A DNA stretch of 62,327 nucleotides, filler included, from Choristocarpus tenellus KU-1152 (GCA_964200185.2; 11 parts of 11 records of this genome joined end to end with filler, not necessarily neighbours in it), one strand, 5' to 3'; shown: positions 27,131 to 41,384, counted from the first letter of the whole stretch. The notes: generated by a model not told the origin, from the sequence alone. Numbers and translations: made by a program.

Positions 27131-28045
27131 GAGTCAAACCAATTGGGAGGTATGCAGGTTTGTGTCACAGGTGATGTGTGATAGTCGCTGTTTCATAAAC
27201 GCCCTTATGACTTTGAAGTCCTAGATTTGTGTATTTGTCCCTCTTGACTATACTACAAAGAACTAGCGTGCACAACAGTAGTAATAGTTTCGTCAATGGA
27301 ATGACACCTCTCTAAAAAATATATTTGAAAACTAACAATACAACAATGTTGTCCCCTGAAGTTTGTTCATTGCAAGGTAGCGTGTACACTAGTACGAGAC
27401 AAATCAACTGAGAGGTAGGCAAAGTTGCATTTATGGATTCCCAAAAAGGACAAAAAATGCAAATTTGTACAATCCAGAAAAAACGTTGCTGAATTATCGT
27501 TTCACTTTGTGTTTGGAAAAAGGGGGAATGCCAATTTTGCGTACACTATTGTGTACATAGAGCAATTGAAATAGAGATCTATCCATTTATAGTAATTATG
27601 ATGCCGTATAAAGGTGGAATATGTTTATTTAGTCCTATTTTTATATCCCCATAAAAGAAATTAAGTGAATAATCGACGTGAGAGATCCAGCATATTTGAT
27701 GACATTTCCTCTATGATGGAGCCCTCTATGAGCCTCGTCTACACCCAACAGACTCTCTTGTGGATTAGAGTTACACATCCCATCATGATAAGCTTGCGGA
27801 GCGTTTTTGAAACATTATGAACCCTTTTGTGTTTGAAGCCATCGTTCTTGCCTCGTACATTACACCCTATTTCATTGTTTTATGTTAACAATAGTGTACA
27901 CAAAATTGATTTTCCCACTTTACACACACAAGGTGACACCGCAGTTAAGCAAAGGGTCATTCTACAATTATACACAATGGGGCTTTTTTCCCTTTCTCGG
28001 GATCATTAAAATGTAACCCTGAATACCTTTCAATTGGTTTGACTC
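27131..28045 (+). mobile_element. MITE family C split by a reverse D element (27163-27814), which itself contains a reverse C fragment (27396-27578)
   Basis: C left TIR at 27131; C sequence resumes at about 27818 ('gaaccctttt') and ends caattggtttgactc. Confidence 0.75.
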
Positions 28046-28503
28046 TCTCAATGATCCACCACGTTTCACTTTTTCACACTCATTTTCGATAATCTAGCCC
28101 TAACCCGAACCCTAACCTATGGGCGAAAAATAAACCTAAGCTTCGTTTGAGGAAGTGAAAAAAGTACGACAGTTTCCAGAGACTGTGATGGTTCCCGAAA
28201 AAGGGGGTTCCCTTCAATGGTGTGTAACTTTGTGTCACACCCCAATTAGTAGTAGTTAAAATATACGTTTGGTTACGACAATGATATAGAGCTAACCCTA
28301 CGCTGCATATTGAGGGTTCACAAAAAATCTCCAGAAGGTATTATGGTTGTTGGATCCCTGTGGAAAATGATGCTTTGCAAGGACATGCCAATAATTGTGT
28401 ATTGAAGCCTATCGAAGTGCCTGTTCTGGAGGTACATCACACAAGGAGGTCATTTTGCCTAGGTATGTGCAGGAGACCATTTTGCTGTGTGATGTGATGC
28501 ATC

Positions 28504-28755
28504 GAGTGAAAGTATCTTAGAGGGTAGGAATTTTGCCCTGTTTGTAAATTTGGGGCGTGGCTTCCCATGTTTTTTTTGTGATAATATACCAACTCCGAAA
28601 CATTTCGGAGTAGATAAAATGTTTATCTTGTAAAAAGGTGTGTCCGGAACATGGATGTTGACACTTCCTACCTAAGTCAAAATTACATCAAAATTTCAAC
28701 ATTGGATTTTGGTCGCCAAACGGACGCGGCTCTACCCTCCAAGATACTTTGACTC
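28504..28755 (-). mobile_element. MITE family A, full copy
   Basis: Both TIRs present. Confidence 0.9.
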
Positions 28756-30210
28756 ATTGTGTATTAAGTTGTGTGTGTTGTGCAAAGCATTTATCAACGC
28801 TTTTCTGTTGGTAGATGGTACTAAGCAAGTACCATGTGTTGTGATCGTCGCAGTATAGTATTCCTACATCCGTCCTCCTTCCGGTCACTAGTCGGATGCT
28901 GGAATGCAATCACTTTGTGCCCGCCTTTCATAGATGACGGCCCTGAACGTATCTGTGATGGATGATAGTGTATCAGTGCTTAAGTTGAATTCTCAAGATG
29001 GCACCCCCTTCATCTCAGGGTAGAGTCAGCATGTACTTTTTCACGCTGCTGCCATTGGGGCAAGGTTTCTTTAAATCAGACATGTGACTTGTCCCGGCAT
29101 GGTTGTCGCTTTTGCGCAGAAATCCTGGAGCTGCCATCCCGAGCAGGGATACTGTAGTATTTCGGAGTACGGTTATTGGTGACTGCAGAGTCGTGTCCTC
29201 CTTTTGTTATGACACTTGCCTATTTTTATTCCCCAGTATTGTTTGAAACCCGCTATTGTTGATAGTCGTGCTGGTATATACGTATGTTCTGGGCACTTCA
29301 CATATTGATAGGAGTCGACGAACATTAGAAACACTTTGCAGGGGTGTTGCTTAGGTCTGTCTGTAGCTGCATTTTTTCATATTATCGGTCTGGTGAGCAA
29401 TCTTGATACAGAGGATTTGCAGAGATGTTGCTTGGGTGCGTATGCAGTTGAAATTTTGTTTCGTATTCCTGGCTATCCATAAAGTGTTAGTATAGTATTT
29501 GCTTAGGTGTGTCAGTTGCTTTTTGCATCTGTAGTTTGTACACACATCCGTAAACATCTAGTATACAAATTGAAAGACATTCTAAACATGCTTTGACTTA
29601 ATTTCTTGTACAGTTTTTTTTTGGTATATGATGCTCCTGCTAATTTCTTTTGTCTGGTTGATTTTGCCAATCAAATAACCCACTGCAACACCGAAGGAGT
29701 TAATATCTGGCACTGAATTTCATCATTTATTTGTTCTTATGCTAGTCGGGTTCTTTCACATAACGTCTGTATTGGACTACTTCAAAGAAATCCCGGCAGG
29801 GAAGCATGGAAGAATTAAGAAACCAACTATATGCCTAATCAACTTATTCTCCACATCGACGCCGCCTCTCTTATATATGATGTAATGAGTCATGTTTTTC
29901 CCTGCTTTGGTCTCGATATGATGATCCAATTTGACTATTTTTTGTTATGTTAGTGCAATTCACCATCGAGTCCTTTTCTTTCATCTCCTTTTCCTTTATT
30001 CTTGCGCTGCTTTTCCCTCTTTTTTCTTGTAATCTTGTTGCGTTCAAATCAAAAACTCCTCTACTTCTACTTCTAAGATGCTGTTTGTCTAAGAATGTTG
30101 CTTGTATAGTACTTGTATTTTTCAAGGAGGTTGTATTGGTGTATTTTTTTCTTTTACTGATAGACTACAGACTACCTTTTTGACGATGGATCTGGGGCCT
30201 CTCAGAGTGG

Positions 30211-30409
30211 TCAATCTATAGAAAGCATGACCCTGTTGACCGTGGTCTCCTGTAAGATGTGCTGTCAAATTTAGCATACCTCCAAAGACGATTTCTGTCA
30301 TTTACCTATTCCTTCATAATATGAGGGCATATTTTAGCATGACTGGAGGTGAGTGCTTAGATTGGTTCAAGGTCGGACAAAGCCTTAGGCAGGGATATGT
30401 TCTTACTCC
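30211..30409 (+). mobile_element. Decayed non-LTR (RTE-like LINE) reverse transcriptase fragment
   Basis: NL*KA..DPVDRGLL*DVLSN and LHNMRAYFSMTGGECLDWFKVGQSLRQGYVLT match the DLxKAYDSVDR and GLRQGCVLSP RT motifs. Confidence 0.8.
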
Positions 30410-30709
30410 NNNNNNNNNNNNNNNNNNNNNNNNNNNNNNNNNNNNNNNNNNNNTTAATTAATTAANNNNNNNNNNNNNNNNNNNNNNNNNNNNNNNNNNN
30501 NNNNNNNNNATTGGAAATCATTAATTATCATCAATTAAGTATGTCCTACTACCACCTTCGGCACGGATTCCCATTCAAAAAGGGGCCCTTAAAAAGTGCC
30601 GCAACATTTACAAGAATATATATATATATCGGCACTTTTTCTGCACCATTTTCGGTGAAAACCATCCTCAATAGTATGCTCCATCCTCAATTTTTAAAAT
30701 CCACTGTTA

Positions 30710-30951
30710 TAGGCAAGGTTGCACTTTAAGGATCCCGAGAAAGGGAAAAAAGACGTCATTTTGTGCAGTTGCAGAAAAAACCTTCGCTTCAATGTGGTAT
30801 CACTTTTGTGTGCGGAAAGTGGGAATATCATTTTTGTGTACACTATTGCATGCATAACGCAAAAAAATAGATTGTATTGTTCAGAGTAAGAAAGGTGACT
30901 TATATAATGTAAAAGGGTCCAAACCTAAGCTACCTCTCACTTAGTTGGCTC
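30710..30951 (-). mobile_element. MITE family C copy
   Basis: Reverse-complement homology to 26492-26748. Confidence 0.75.
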
Positions 30952-31633
30952 TGAGCAAAGCTATTTTGCCGTGTGAACTGAATGTTGTTTCTGTTTCTCT
31001 TTCATATCAAAAGCATAATGAAAGAGTATGCGGACAGTTCTTGGGTAGTTATATTCAAATCAAGTTTTTATTAATTGGTAATATTTATCAGAAACAGGTT
31101 GGGAAATACTTACTGAGTTCATCTATGTTTGCATTGAAGGATACTGGCTCTTTGTGATGAACTTCTCTCATCATGATCTCAAGCTTGCCCAAGGGAAGCT
31201 CCAACCAAACCACAATTCCGCGTAGATTGAAACATTTGCATATCTGAAGTCTTGGCTCCAGCTCCCAAATAGCTCAATATAATTTATTTGATGTAGTTTT
31301 GTATATATATTTTTCTCCTATATAATTGCATATCTCTCAAGCAGTGTTTATTTTCTTTTTTCTACCTTTCAACCACAGGTGTGGGATTCCCAAGATTATT
31401 ATGAAAATATATACCTATGCATTTTAACAATACCTTCATTCCAATATATATAGTGCTAGATGTAACAATAATCATAACAGTAGTAATATATTTAAGAACA
31501 ATTTAAGCATGTATAATCTTTAAAACCTTTCATTTTATGGTTGTTGTTGCTATTTCCAACATCCACTTTCCCCTCAATATTCTCGGGTAAGGGTAGGTCA
31601 GTGCCAAGGAAAAGAAGAGTCTCATTGCCACAG

Positions 31634-34600
31634 TAGAGGCAAATGGGATGAAAGAAGTCATCCGACAGGTAAAGGAAAACGAGGAGGCCCTGATGAGGCA
31701 TGAAGTGGAGTCGATGCAGGAGAAGAAGAAACTAGTTCAAGAGACATCCAGACTTGAGATGGAGCTACAGATGCTCAGAAAGAAGGAAAATGTGGGAAAA
31801 TAATAGCCGAATGTGTGGAAAGAGAAAACTAAAGAAGTAGTGCTGATCAAGTGTGCACTGCTTTGGCTAACATAGGAATTGATGAGAACAGCAACAATGC
31901 ATGTTACTACGTGCTATGTAAGGGCAGGCACCATCTGTACTACGCATTCATTGGGATAGGTGCAGACAACAATCTCTACATGACTTTTGATGGAGTGTTG
32001 TGAAATTCCCAAGCTTCCAACTTTCTGTGTTGTACAACTACTTTTCCTTGCATACTGCGTAGTACAAAAACAAGTTGCTGCTTTCACACACCAAAGTGCT
32101 AGCATGCGAGCCTTTGTGACATGAATCTATGTGTGGATTGGCTGGATATGCTACTCTTTATTTCAGCAATTCGTTGTTTGAGAATTCTCGTTTGACTGAT
32201 GCCAAACATTACAGGGAAAGGTCGGACGAGGTGGGAGATGTTGCAAGACCAGTTCAACATACTCACTCAAACTGTCATGACGATGGCCCAATATGAGTGT
32301 GACTTTATTTTTTCTGATTATTTTTATGTCCTACCCTACATCCTAGATTATTGCAATATGCCTCTCTCTGCTAAAATGAATAGAGGTTAGAAAACCTGTA
32401 CCCATATAGTTCTCATCCTGCTTGCATGGTGAGCCTAGGAAGTGTGAGTGCTTCATTGTGTTGGTTTGCACGTGACTGGTCGGCACTTTATACACAGTTT
32501 CTAGCACCTAGATATTGATCCTTCAGCCGAACATCCTCACTTTGAAAGTAGAAAAACTGACTGATCCCTGGCTAGAGGGGACTGTTTAAGAATCTTCAAT
32601 AGGAACAATTGTATTATTATGTTGGGTAAAACTGTCACCATGCTGTCTCAAGGGATTTCAGTTGGTAGAAAACGAAAATGATGATATATGTGAGGCTTCC
32701 AGGTGCATCCCATTCTGGCAAGGCTGGCAGGCTCATGTATTCATGGCGATGAGGTATTCTGGTCTACTACAGATTTTTTTGCTGCACCTGAAACCTCGTC
32801 AACTAGACTTCTAATTTTCGGGGTATTTTTGGCAGCATTTGATATTTGGTTGAAGTGCATGGTAAATCACACCTGTATAGTTTGTGTTTGTTCTGCCAAA
32901 CTATTAGAAAATAAGAGCTTGTCGTGCAAACGTTTCCTTTGCATGTACATGTGCTTCATACTTTGTCTTATGAGTCTTTCAGGAGGATGGTACTCTGATT
33001 GCACACTCTTGTCCCTTGCTTCTTGCTCTGGAAAAATCAAGGGAAAAACTAAGCCACTCTTGCCTATTTCCCTGTCAATACCCTCCATACCATAGGAAGA
33101 CCTGAATAAGTCGATGCCTCAGCGGGACCTCTCACCTGTGCTAGCATGGTGTGCGCCATCAGATGGACTCACGGTGACATTTGGTAGAGGGAAGAGAAGC
33201 AGCGGCACAGGTGGTAGATGTGGTGAGGGAAGGACTAAGCAGGAAACAACGCCCTTGCGAAGTATGGTCAATGAAGGGCATTCAGGGAAGTTTGAGCACT
33301 GGGACCTGGATGGGCACTACCGATGGTCGTGCTGTCTTGGGGAAACCGGTAATGCACCAGCATGTGTAGGACCTACATGTACAACGAAACAACACTGCTA
33401 CGGCCATACTCTTTCACAAGCAAGCTTTCCTATCCATTGGCCAGTTGGAGGAGGGTTACATGGTGAAGGGCTGAGGCAAAGGGCACGAGGAGTGTCAGCA
33501 TGGTCCAAGGGCTGCTGTTCCCCTCTTCCTTCATCTACCAACAAGTGCGAGGATCACAAGATGGGAANNNNNNNNNNNNNNNNNNNNNNNNNNNNNNNNN
33601 NNNNNNNNNNNTTAATTAATTAANNNNNNNNNNNNNNNNNNNNNNNNNNNNNNNNNNNNNNNNNNNNGTAGACCCCCCCTCCCTATCCCCCCCCTCCAGA
33701 CACTTTGAGCCAGTGTTTGGGGTGGGGGGGATGTATGCATACTTGGTGTGAACGATGTGTTTCCCTTCCAACTAACCTACCTGCCTGGCCAAGTAAGGCA
33801 TTGCTGGGTTTTGTAGAGAGTATTATTCTGGTGGGCAACCTTTGGAGGCTTATTGATGTGATTGCGGTTAGGAGGTGGGTATGTAATTAGGGATGGATGG
33901 TACCTGAAGTGAACATTAGAGTTGAAGATTACAATATATCTTGGACTCTACAGCAACAGTGGGCATCCCCGAGCCTAATTTGGAAAGCTACTAGGGGTTA
34001 GGAACGTAGCGACCACATACAAGAAACAATATTGCATTTAGGAGGGTAGGGCCCATTTTTGCAATATTGATGGATTTTGGCTATTGTGTCTGTTAGGAAG
34101 TGTCATTATCCTTGTTCCAGACACAAGCTTCATAGGCGTATACATTTTAGGGTTAGGGTTAGTGTTCACACAGAAAACAAAAACGGGTGTGATAAATCCG
34201 TGGGAAGCCAGGTCCTGAAGAGGGCAAAACTCCTACCCCCCTTAAATACTTTGGATCTACGACTCTTCCCTCATATGTAGTAGTGCTTAGTGCAAGAGCA
34301 AGGGTATACAGACGGATCTTGTAGTGATACCATGTGCTCTGTATCCAGCAACACAGTCTAACATAATTTCCAGAATGTCAGTTGAAGCATTTGAGTTATT
34401 CGTTCTATAACTAAACAATGTGACTGCAATTTACCTCAGCAAGTCCAGCGATCTGCAGTAGAGATGGTGTCCGAACTTATTCTTGTGGAAGTGCTAATAA
34501 AATGAGCTCTTTGGCAAGTCCCAAAACCGGAAATAAAGGGCTGGGTATGAGGCGAAAATAACCCTGCCTCTTGTGCAGGCCATGTCTCAACCCATTGTAG

Positions 34601-37600
34601 TCAAATGTTTCTTTTTTATTGGCCCAATCCCTCTCTCTTTGATCCGGCAGTTATCGTTGATGGACCAAAGGTCTCACCACATGTATATATCATGACTGCG
34701 ATCACCCCTCCTCCGCCTTGAATGCGATACACAGAAACTGTTCTCCTGCCAGGAGGAGCTGCGAACGCTCAGAAAGCTCCAACGTGCACAGGATCGCAAG
34801 CATGAGGGCTCAGAGGGGCATGTCATGGCAAAGCGTCTATGCGCGGCTGAGGAAGAGGTACAAGTCTGTACAAGCAGGAACCGGGCACTCGCAGGAGAGG
34901 TCAGCCGCATGAAGTACACAATTGAGTGTTATTTGTGAGGGTTGGAATTGAGAAAGTCAATTCCAGTTTCCTTTGTAGACTGTAAGGGTAATGCGAAATT
35001 TTGATGGTGCTTTCTTTGTCGATCTACCAAATGAAAAATCCCTGAGTTGGCTGGACATATGGGAACAACTGCGTCGGGCTAGTATTTGCCCCGGATTGAC
35101 AACCATTAGTATATGAGATGACTATGTTTGTCATTAGTACTTTCCCTCAGAGCATTGAAAAGTATGAAATAGATCTTATCACAACTTCAGATCTATACAT
35201 TAACCCATCAGAAATACCTTCCATCACACCAAGGAGAGTCGCAACACTGTCGTGTTGCTCTAGGAGTGTGCCATTACTGCTCATTTTGTAACAGATATTG
35301 ATGCCATTGAAGGGGCGGGTGCCGTTGAGTCTTAAGGGACCCAATGACTGTCTTGTGCTATACTACGAACTAATCTGGGTTGTGGAGAGTACTTTCGGCA
35401 AGGTATGTGTGCATATCTGATCTTCTTCTACAGTCACGCCATCAAACAGAACATTACACATGGCTAGCAAAGATCTTCAAACTTGAAATTTCAAAATCGA
35501 CCCCACCCTTGGATGTTTTCCCCCAGAAGTCCTACCAATTTTCTGTCACCTCTTGAGAGAAAAAAAGTCAATATGAGATACTCCACCAGTGTTCCACAGT
35601 CTTAGAGGTTCTTGATACATCCCCTTTCACTGGCAGGTATTCCAACTACAGGAACGTATTGAAGCAGCTACTGATCGCATACATTGTCTATTGAAGCAAA
35701 ACAAAGCTCTTAGATCCATCTCAGGAGCAAAGTCACCCCCCTCCCAAAAAGAAGAGAGGGGGCATGACAGCATGGGCAGCCGAGAGGGCTCACAATTGGC
35801 AGCAACGGGAGCTGATAGTGTTACCACCAACACACAGAGAAAGAATTTCCAGAGACAACTACAGCGAAGGAATCTCTTGAGAACAAATGCTGTGGCCAGT
35901 GTTGGTGGGAATAGGGGTGGGGAGGTGGGGGTCAGAGTGCAGAGTGGTGGCCACGGAAAAGAAGCAAAGCACAGTGGAGTGGACAATGATAATGGCAACG
36001 GGATATCTGAGGTTGAGGAGGAGAGGGATATTCTCAGGTCCAAGGTTGAAGTGTTGGAAAGAGCTTTGGCAAATATGCGTAATAAGGTGTGTGGCACATA
36101 ATTGAACTGTTTCTGCAATTCTAACAGGCTCAACTTAATGGTGTCTGTGATTGTGGCAAATGAGGATGGTGGGGCTCAATGAAACGGCTTGTCTGGCCCC
36201 ATCCACTGTCTAAAGTCTTACATATACCCTTCATATGTGTGAGAGTCTTCCTGCGTGTCTGAAGAACCTTTTTGTCGACAAATGTGTAAGAAGTATGCCC
36301 ATCGCCACTTGTGGAGTATGCTCTCTTCGGCAGAGCTTGTGACTTACCTCGTTGCTCAAGCACAATTTATTCTGATGCATTACACTCTGAGTAAAACAAC
36401 ATAATAGGTAGTACAAAATAGATAAATCATGCCCTGACACTCTTTGATATAACCATTTTCTCCATCATACTCTCTTCTTAGTAAACCCCTTTGCTCACAG
36501 GACTTTCCTGTTTTTCTGTGCTTATCTATTGTGCATACCTGTCCAGATTACTCCTTCTAACCTCCTTGTCCGTGTACTATGTTGTACTCTAAGCACTTTG
36601 TCGAAGACAGCACATTCGCTATTTTATTTGGATAGTAACCTCAGGTAAACTCTATTCATCAATGTCCTCATTCCCGTGCAGTTCTCTTCTCTTTTTTTTA
36701 TTTCCATGGCAATCAAACCTCACCCACCATGTTGCCCTACGCCCTCTCTCCTTCTCCTGTTCGTGGTCTTAAGCTTTCCTTGTCCCCATATTCAACATGG
36801 TGCCGAATTTTCAACTACCTACACCCTATGCCTGTGTGACACAGGATGTCAGGGAAGTTCGGCTGGTGCGGGAAGAGGTTGTAGTCCTTAAGGAGGAGAA
36901 GGAATCTCTAATCCAGGCACTGGACACAATGTCGAAGGAGTCTAGGATGCAGCTACTGCAGGTGACTGACAGGGGATGGCGGAGGAGGATGGGTTCAGGG
37001 GGAAGCGGGAATGTGCGCTACAATCGCAACACGTCTAGATGATGTATCCAGGTGTAGTGCTTGTGAGTCACATGTGTGTGTGTGTATGTGTGTGTGTGTG
37101 TGTGAACTTTGGCCTCCAAGGACCAGTGGCAAGTGGACCAAGGCCATTAGAGCCCTACATTCCGTGGAATGGTCTGTGGGAAATAGTTTATACTTGACCA
37201 ACCTCGCAAGACTACCCTTGGCACATGAGGCAAAGTGGTGACTCAAAGTATGTGGGGGGGGGTGGTGGCTGTCTGTTTGGGGCCAATTTTTTCATGTCAC
37301 GATTTTTGGGCGATTAGGTTGCATTCATCGGATGGATAATGTAAGTACCCTTTTCCTGGTTTTGGCCCAAATGGACACCCTGGTGTAGACCCCCTCCCCN
37401 NNNNNNNNNNNNNNNNNNNNNNNNNNNNNNNNNNNNNNNNNNNTTAATTAATTAANNNNNNNNNNNNNNNNNNNNNNNNNNNNNNNNNNNNNNNNNNNNT
37501 CCATCCTCAATTTTTGAAATCGGCTGTTAATTATGGAGAGGTTCTTCAGGATGAGTATTGCTTACCACCTGACATATTCCAACGAGAAAGGCATGGAGTG

Positions 37601-37822
37601 CACCAAATTGGACAGGGTGAACAAGACATTTAAAACTCACAGGAGGCCTGCACCTTCAGAATATCTCATTTGACTTGGCACGGATTGTCTGGTTCAGAGG
37701 CCTGGGCCCCATGAGTGAGCCATAGCCAGCAGGTGGCAGCATCGCATGAACGGGAAATAATGGAAAGAGAATGGAGAGACAACAACGCCCATGTTCTTCG
37801 GGTGAAGATGGTCTCTTCTTGA
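31634..37822 (+). CDS. Coiled-coil protein of unknown function, partial multi-exon model spanning two gaps
   Basis: Exons 34735-34899, 35637-36086, 36845-36961 and 37733-37822 join in phase 0 (EELRTLRKLQ, ERDILRSKVEVLERAL, EEVVVLKEEKESL). Upstream exons 31634-31791 and ~32215-32295 are less certain. Confidence 0.6.
34031..34257 (+). mobile_element. MITE subfamily A2 with an internal (TTAGGG)2TTAG tract
   Basis: Homology to 25607-25861. Confidence 0.75.
37240..37399 (+). mobile_element. MITE family B, nearly full, ending at a gap
   Basis: Reverse-complement match to 4678-4854. Confidence 0.8.
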
Positions 37823-40800
37823 GTCAAAATCATCCTTAAATGCGCGGTTCGCGCGCGTCGCGTACCACCCCCGCGCGAACCATGCGCGCGGAATACTTGA
37901 TTTAAGTATGGTCCTGTATTTCTCACAATCATTGCAAGTTGACCAACCGAGATCCATCAAATAAGGTTAAGCATGCTGATGTGATCACAACAAACTGATT
38001 TTCATGAAACAATTCGCTGCTATAAAAAGTTTTGGCGCGACAAAGTTGATGCAGGAGGTGACTGCCAACACTGTACCAACTAGAAATGATAAATTTCATT
38101 ATATTTGGTAATGAAAAACACTAAGAACAGAAAATGGGGAAATAGATAAAACTTTCCGATAGTGAATCTCTTCTCTAACGGGAACAATGCTAGTCCGTCG
38201 TCGTGAGCACCTCCACGTTTGTTGTGGCGTTTTGTGAGAGTATGATGTGGGGCCACCACCCATGTACTAGGGGAGGCCTTGAGATCGAACTTCCCCCTCC
38301 CCACTGCCTTGTGCAACAGGGAGGGTAGGATAGTTGTTGGACAACAAAAGCAAATACAATATCTCCCCTTTCGTTTCGGGCTCGAGTGTGTCATTTGACC
38401 CACAAGGCCTCTATCCATTCTGACTACTGCTAACCCATTGCGTGATATAGTCAAACCAAAGGTTCACACACGATGGTCTAGACAGGGTTTCTACTGGAAC
38501 ACCCAGTGCTCCCTCTCGAACTATTCTTCTCGTGTAGATCACCTTCCTGAACCTTCTCCCTTAAAGAAACGCTGCTACTCTGTTCCTTTGGTGGCAAGGA
38601 GTAGTCACCGCCCTAGTCTTCATACCCCATAGTGCAGTTGAGTCTCCAATATTGTCCGTGTTATGAAAGTCGCCGACTTACCCGCTGAGGATGATCTCCC
38701 TACAGTTCCACAATGAGTAAAGGATATTCCTTGACGAAAACCTGAATTCATTGTGTTTGTGCAACTGAGGTCTCCTGAGAAGATAGCTTAAGGTTGGCCA
38801 AGGGTATGCCAGTTGGACTTGGCAGTGAACCTCTGGTACTATCCAGGAGAGATGGCGTAGATGTCGTCATTAGAAAAAAGAAGCTTGTGGAATTCAGGGA
38901 GGAGAATAGTCTGAAGGGGAAAGACATGGGGGATTCGTGCCAAATCCTGTGGTCAGGAATACATTCGTTTTGGGCGAATGGGCGAAGGGTTTGCCTGAAA
39001 CACCCTAGATGGTGTATTTTGGCCATTTTATGGTGAAGAGGCTTATAAGTGCGATGTTTGACGTGTTGTTGTCATGGCCATTTAGGTAACCCCCATCAGG
39101 GGTCTGGAATGAATAAGGAAGAAAAGGCCCTGTGGATGGATGGTTGGTATTGGACTGGAAGATGTAGGTATATGGCCATGCACACACACTTGGGAGCAAC
39201 CTTCGCTTGAGATACTCCATCCCCCATTAGGGGAGTCACCCACCATCTTTCCATCCGCTTTGTTGGACATCAATTGAACGTCATATTAATTATTTGAGCG
39301 AGGTGAAGGATGTCAGTGCACAAGTTAGGGCACTTCAACGAGCACATTGGCCATGTGACTTCCGCATGTATCCCAAGCCAACCCCTTGTTCGTTCTTGTG
39401 CGATATTCCAAAATATTTTTTTCCAATTTTGTTGAAGTTGTACTTCCAAGTTTGTATGATAGTGTCATACACCCACTAGGCAGAGGGTGCTGTCATGGAT
39501 TGATGCATAAAGCAATGTTGTACTAGAGGTGCACTTGTCTTGTCAGGGAAGAAATTTGGTTTATGTAGTTCTGGACAATCATTCGATTCATGACACTTTG
39601 TTTAGGTCTCTTCCTGGAGGCACTACGTTGCTTAAAATATGGTGTGTACCTCAAAGCATCGACCTTGGAACAAGTGCATATTTGTGCGTCATGAACTACA
39701 AACGTAGTGAGTGGTACATGACACTTATTAATATCACACACTCAGAACGTGCAACTTCAACTAGGGGATCCAAAGTTCCAAAATATCGTACACCAGCAAC
39801 TTGAGATTAACTGGCTTGGAATACGTGCGGAAATCACCTGGTGAATGTGACTGTTAATTGAAGTGCCCCGTCTTATTCTTGACCCCCTTCACTTTGTGCA
39901 GAAAAAATACAAATTGGCCGAACACTGCCAAAAAAATCGGATGGAAATAATGGAGGATGGCTCCATTTACTGGGGGGGGGCGTTCCCTAGCGAGGGTAGT
40001 TCCCACGTGCATATGGATGACAGTGTGTGAGTATTTTAACTACTTTGAAAGAGGAATGGACTTAAGGGAACAAAAAAGGATGGTCTATTTATTGTGTATT
40101 CTGGTGTTGGTTAAAAGACATTTCCTACTCCCTCTTGCCTGTTGGGGTGTGATTCCTTGAGACACGTGCAATTATCTTTATTCCTCTCCTCAACCAGATG
40201 TGCCCGAGTTTGCTAACTTTGGGACGACCTTCCGACATTGCACCGATATAGTATGCACCTTAGATTGTAGCATGTTGGGTGAGAGGAATACTGAAGCACT
40301 TTGGAGACATTGTGGCTGGAAGTAAGGAAGAAGATGATAGGAGGCAGCAATCATGGGTCTGGACAAAATATAGTGAAAAACAAATGGCTTCTCATCTTTT
40401 GATTCATTGATATGATGCAGTATTGACGATTCATACATAGTGGTCGTTATTCACATTTTCATCATTGGTACCTCCTCATAGGAACATCAATTACGTTACA
40501 ATCCCATTGTGCATAGCAAGTTTGGAACAGCCGACATCTGTCAAACAATCAAGCATAGTATGCGCCATATGAGTTGTCCCAGATACTGTTTCAAGCTTGC
40601 CTGTATGTCCTAGTGGTCAACTATGGATCCATAGTATCCGAGAGGTGGGGTCAGGTGTCCATTGGGGGCCTTTGTGACCCTGTAGTGATTTCGATGTCTT
40701 GAATGAATGAACATGTTCGATTTTAAGAGCTATTATATTAATCTGAACGCACCTACATTTTCCATCCCCTTGCCTGTGAACCAAATTCGAAGGAGAAATC

Positions 40801-40909
40801 ACCCGCAAACGGGTATCAAACCAAGGTATCTTTCAACATCTATCAAGCCCCGAATGCACAATTTGGGCTAAACATCCCTCCTTCTAGGATACTGTCTCTT
40901 GTTTGAAGT

Positions 40910-41168
40910 GAGTCAAAGTATCTTAGAGGGTAGGGCCGCGTCCATTTGGGGGCCAAAATCCAATGTTGCGATTTTGATGTAATTTTGGCTACCGTGTTTG
41001 TTAGGAAGTGTCAGTATCCTCGTTCTGGGCACACCTTTTCATAACGTATACATTTTACCTACTCTGAAACATTTTGGAGTGGAAAAATGTCATAAGAAAA
41101 CCCACAGGAAGCCAAGCCCAAAATGGACAAACATGGCAAAACTTGTACCCTCTAAGATACTTCCACTC
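40910..41168 (+). mobile_element. MITE family A, young full copy (259 bp)
   Basis: Perfect 4-bp TSD AAGT. Confidence 0.97.
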
Positions 41169-41384
41169 AAGTGGACTTGAAGGCGGAGTAACAATTGGAG
41201 ATGCAGCTGGGACGAGGATGAGACTATCCATGCAACAAGGATTGTGGGGGCGAGGGTGAGGCTGCGTACAAGGTAGCTGAGTGCCTCCGATGGGAAGTAC
41301 TGTAAACCTCGTTATTTAAGGGTTATACTTTTCTTGGAACTCGGGTAATCACAGACATACCTTGGGGGTCATGACTGTTGTATG

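Noticed and set aside
28780-28860. Integrase-like 'LVPSTNRKALINALHNTH' on the minus strand
   Set aside because: A single short motif with no supporting Gypsy domains nearby.
33114-33567. 169-aa ORF
   Set aside because: No recognisable domain; possibly a decayed LINE 3' end, too weak to call.
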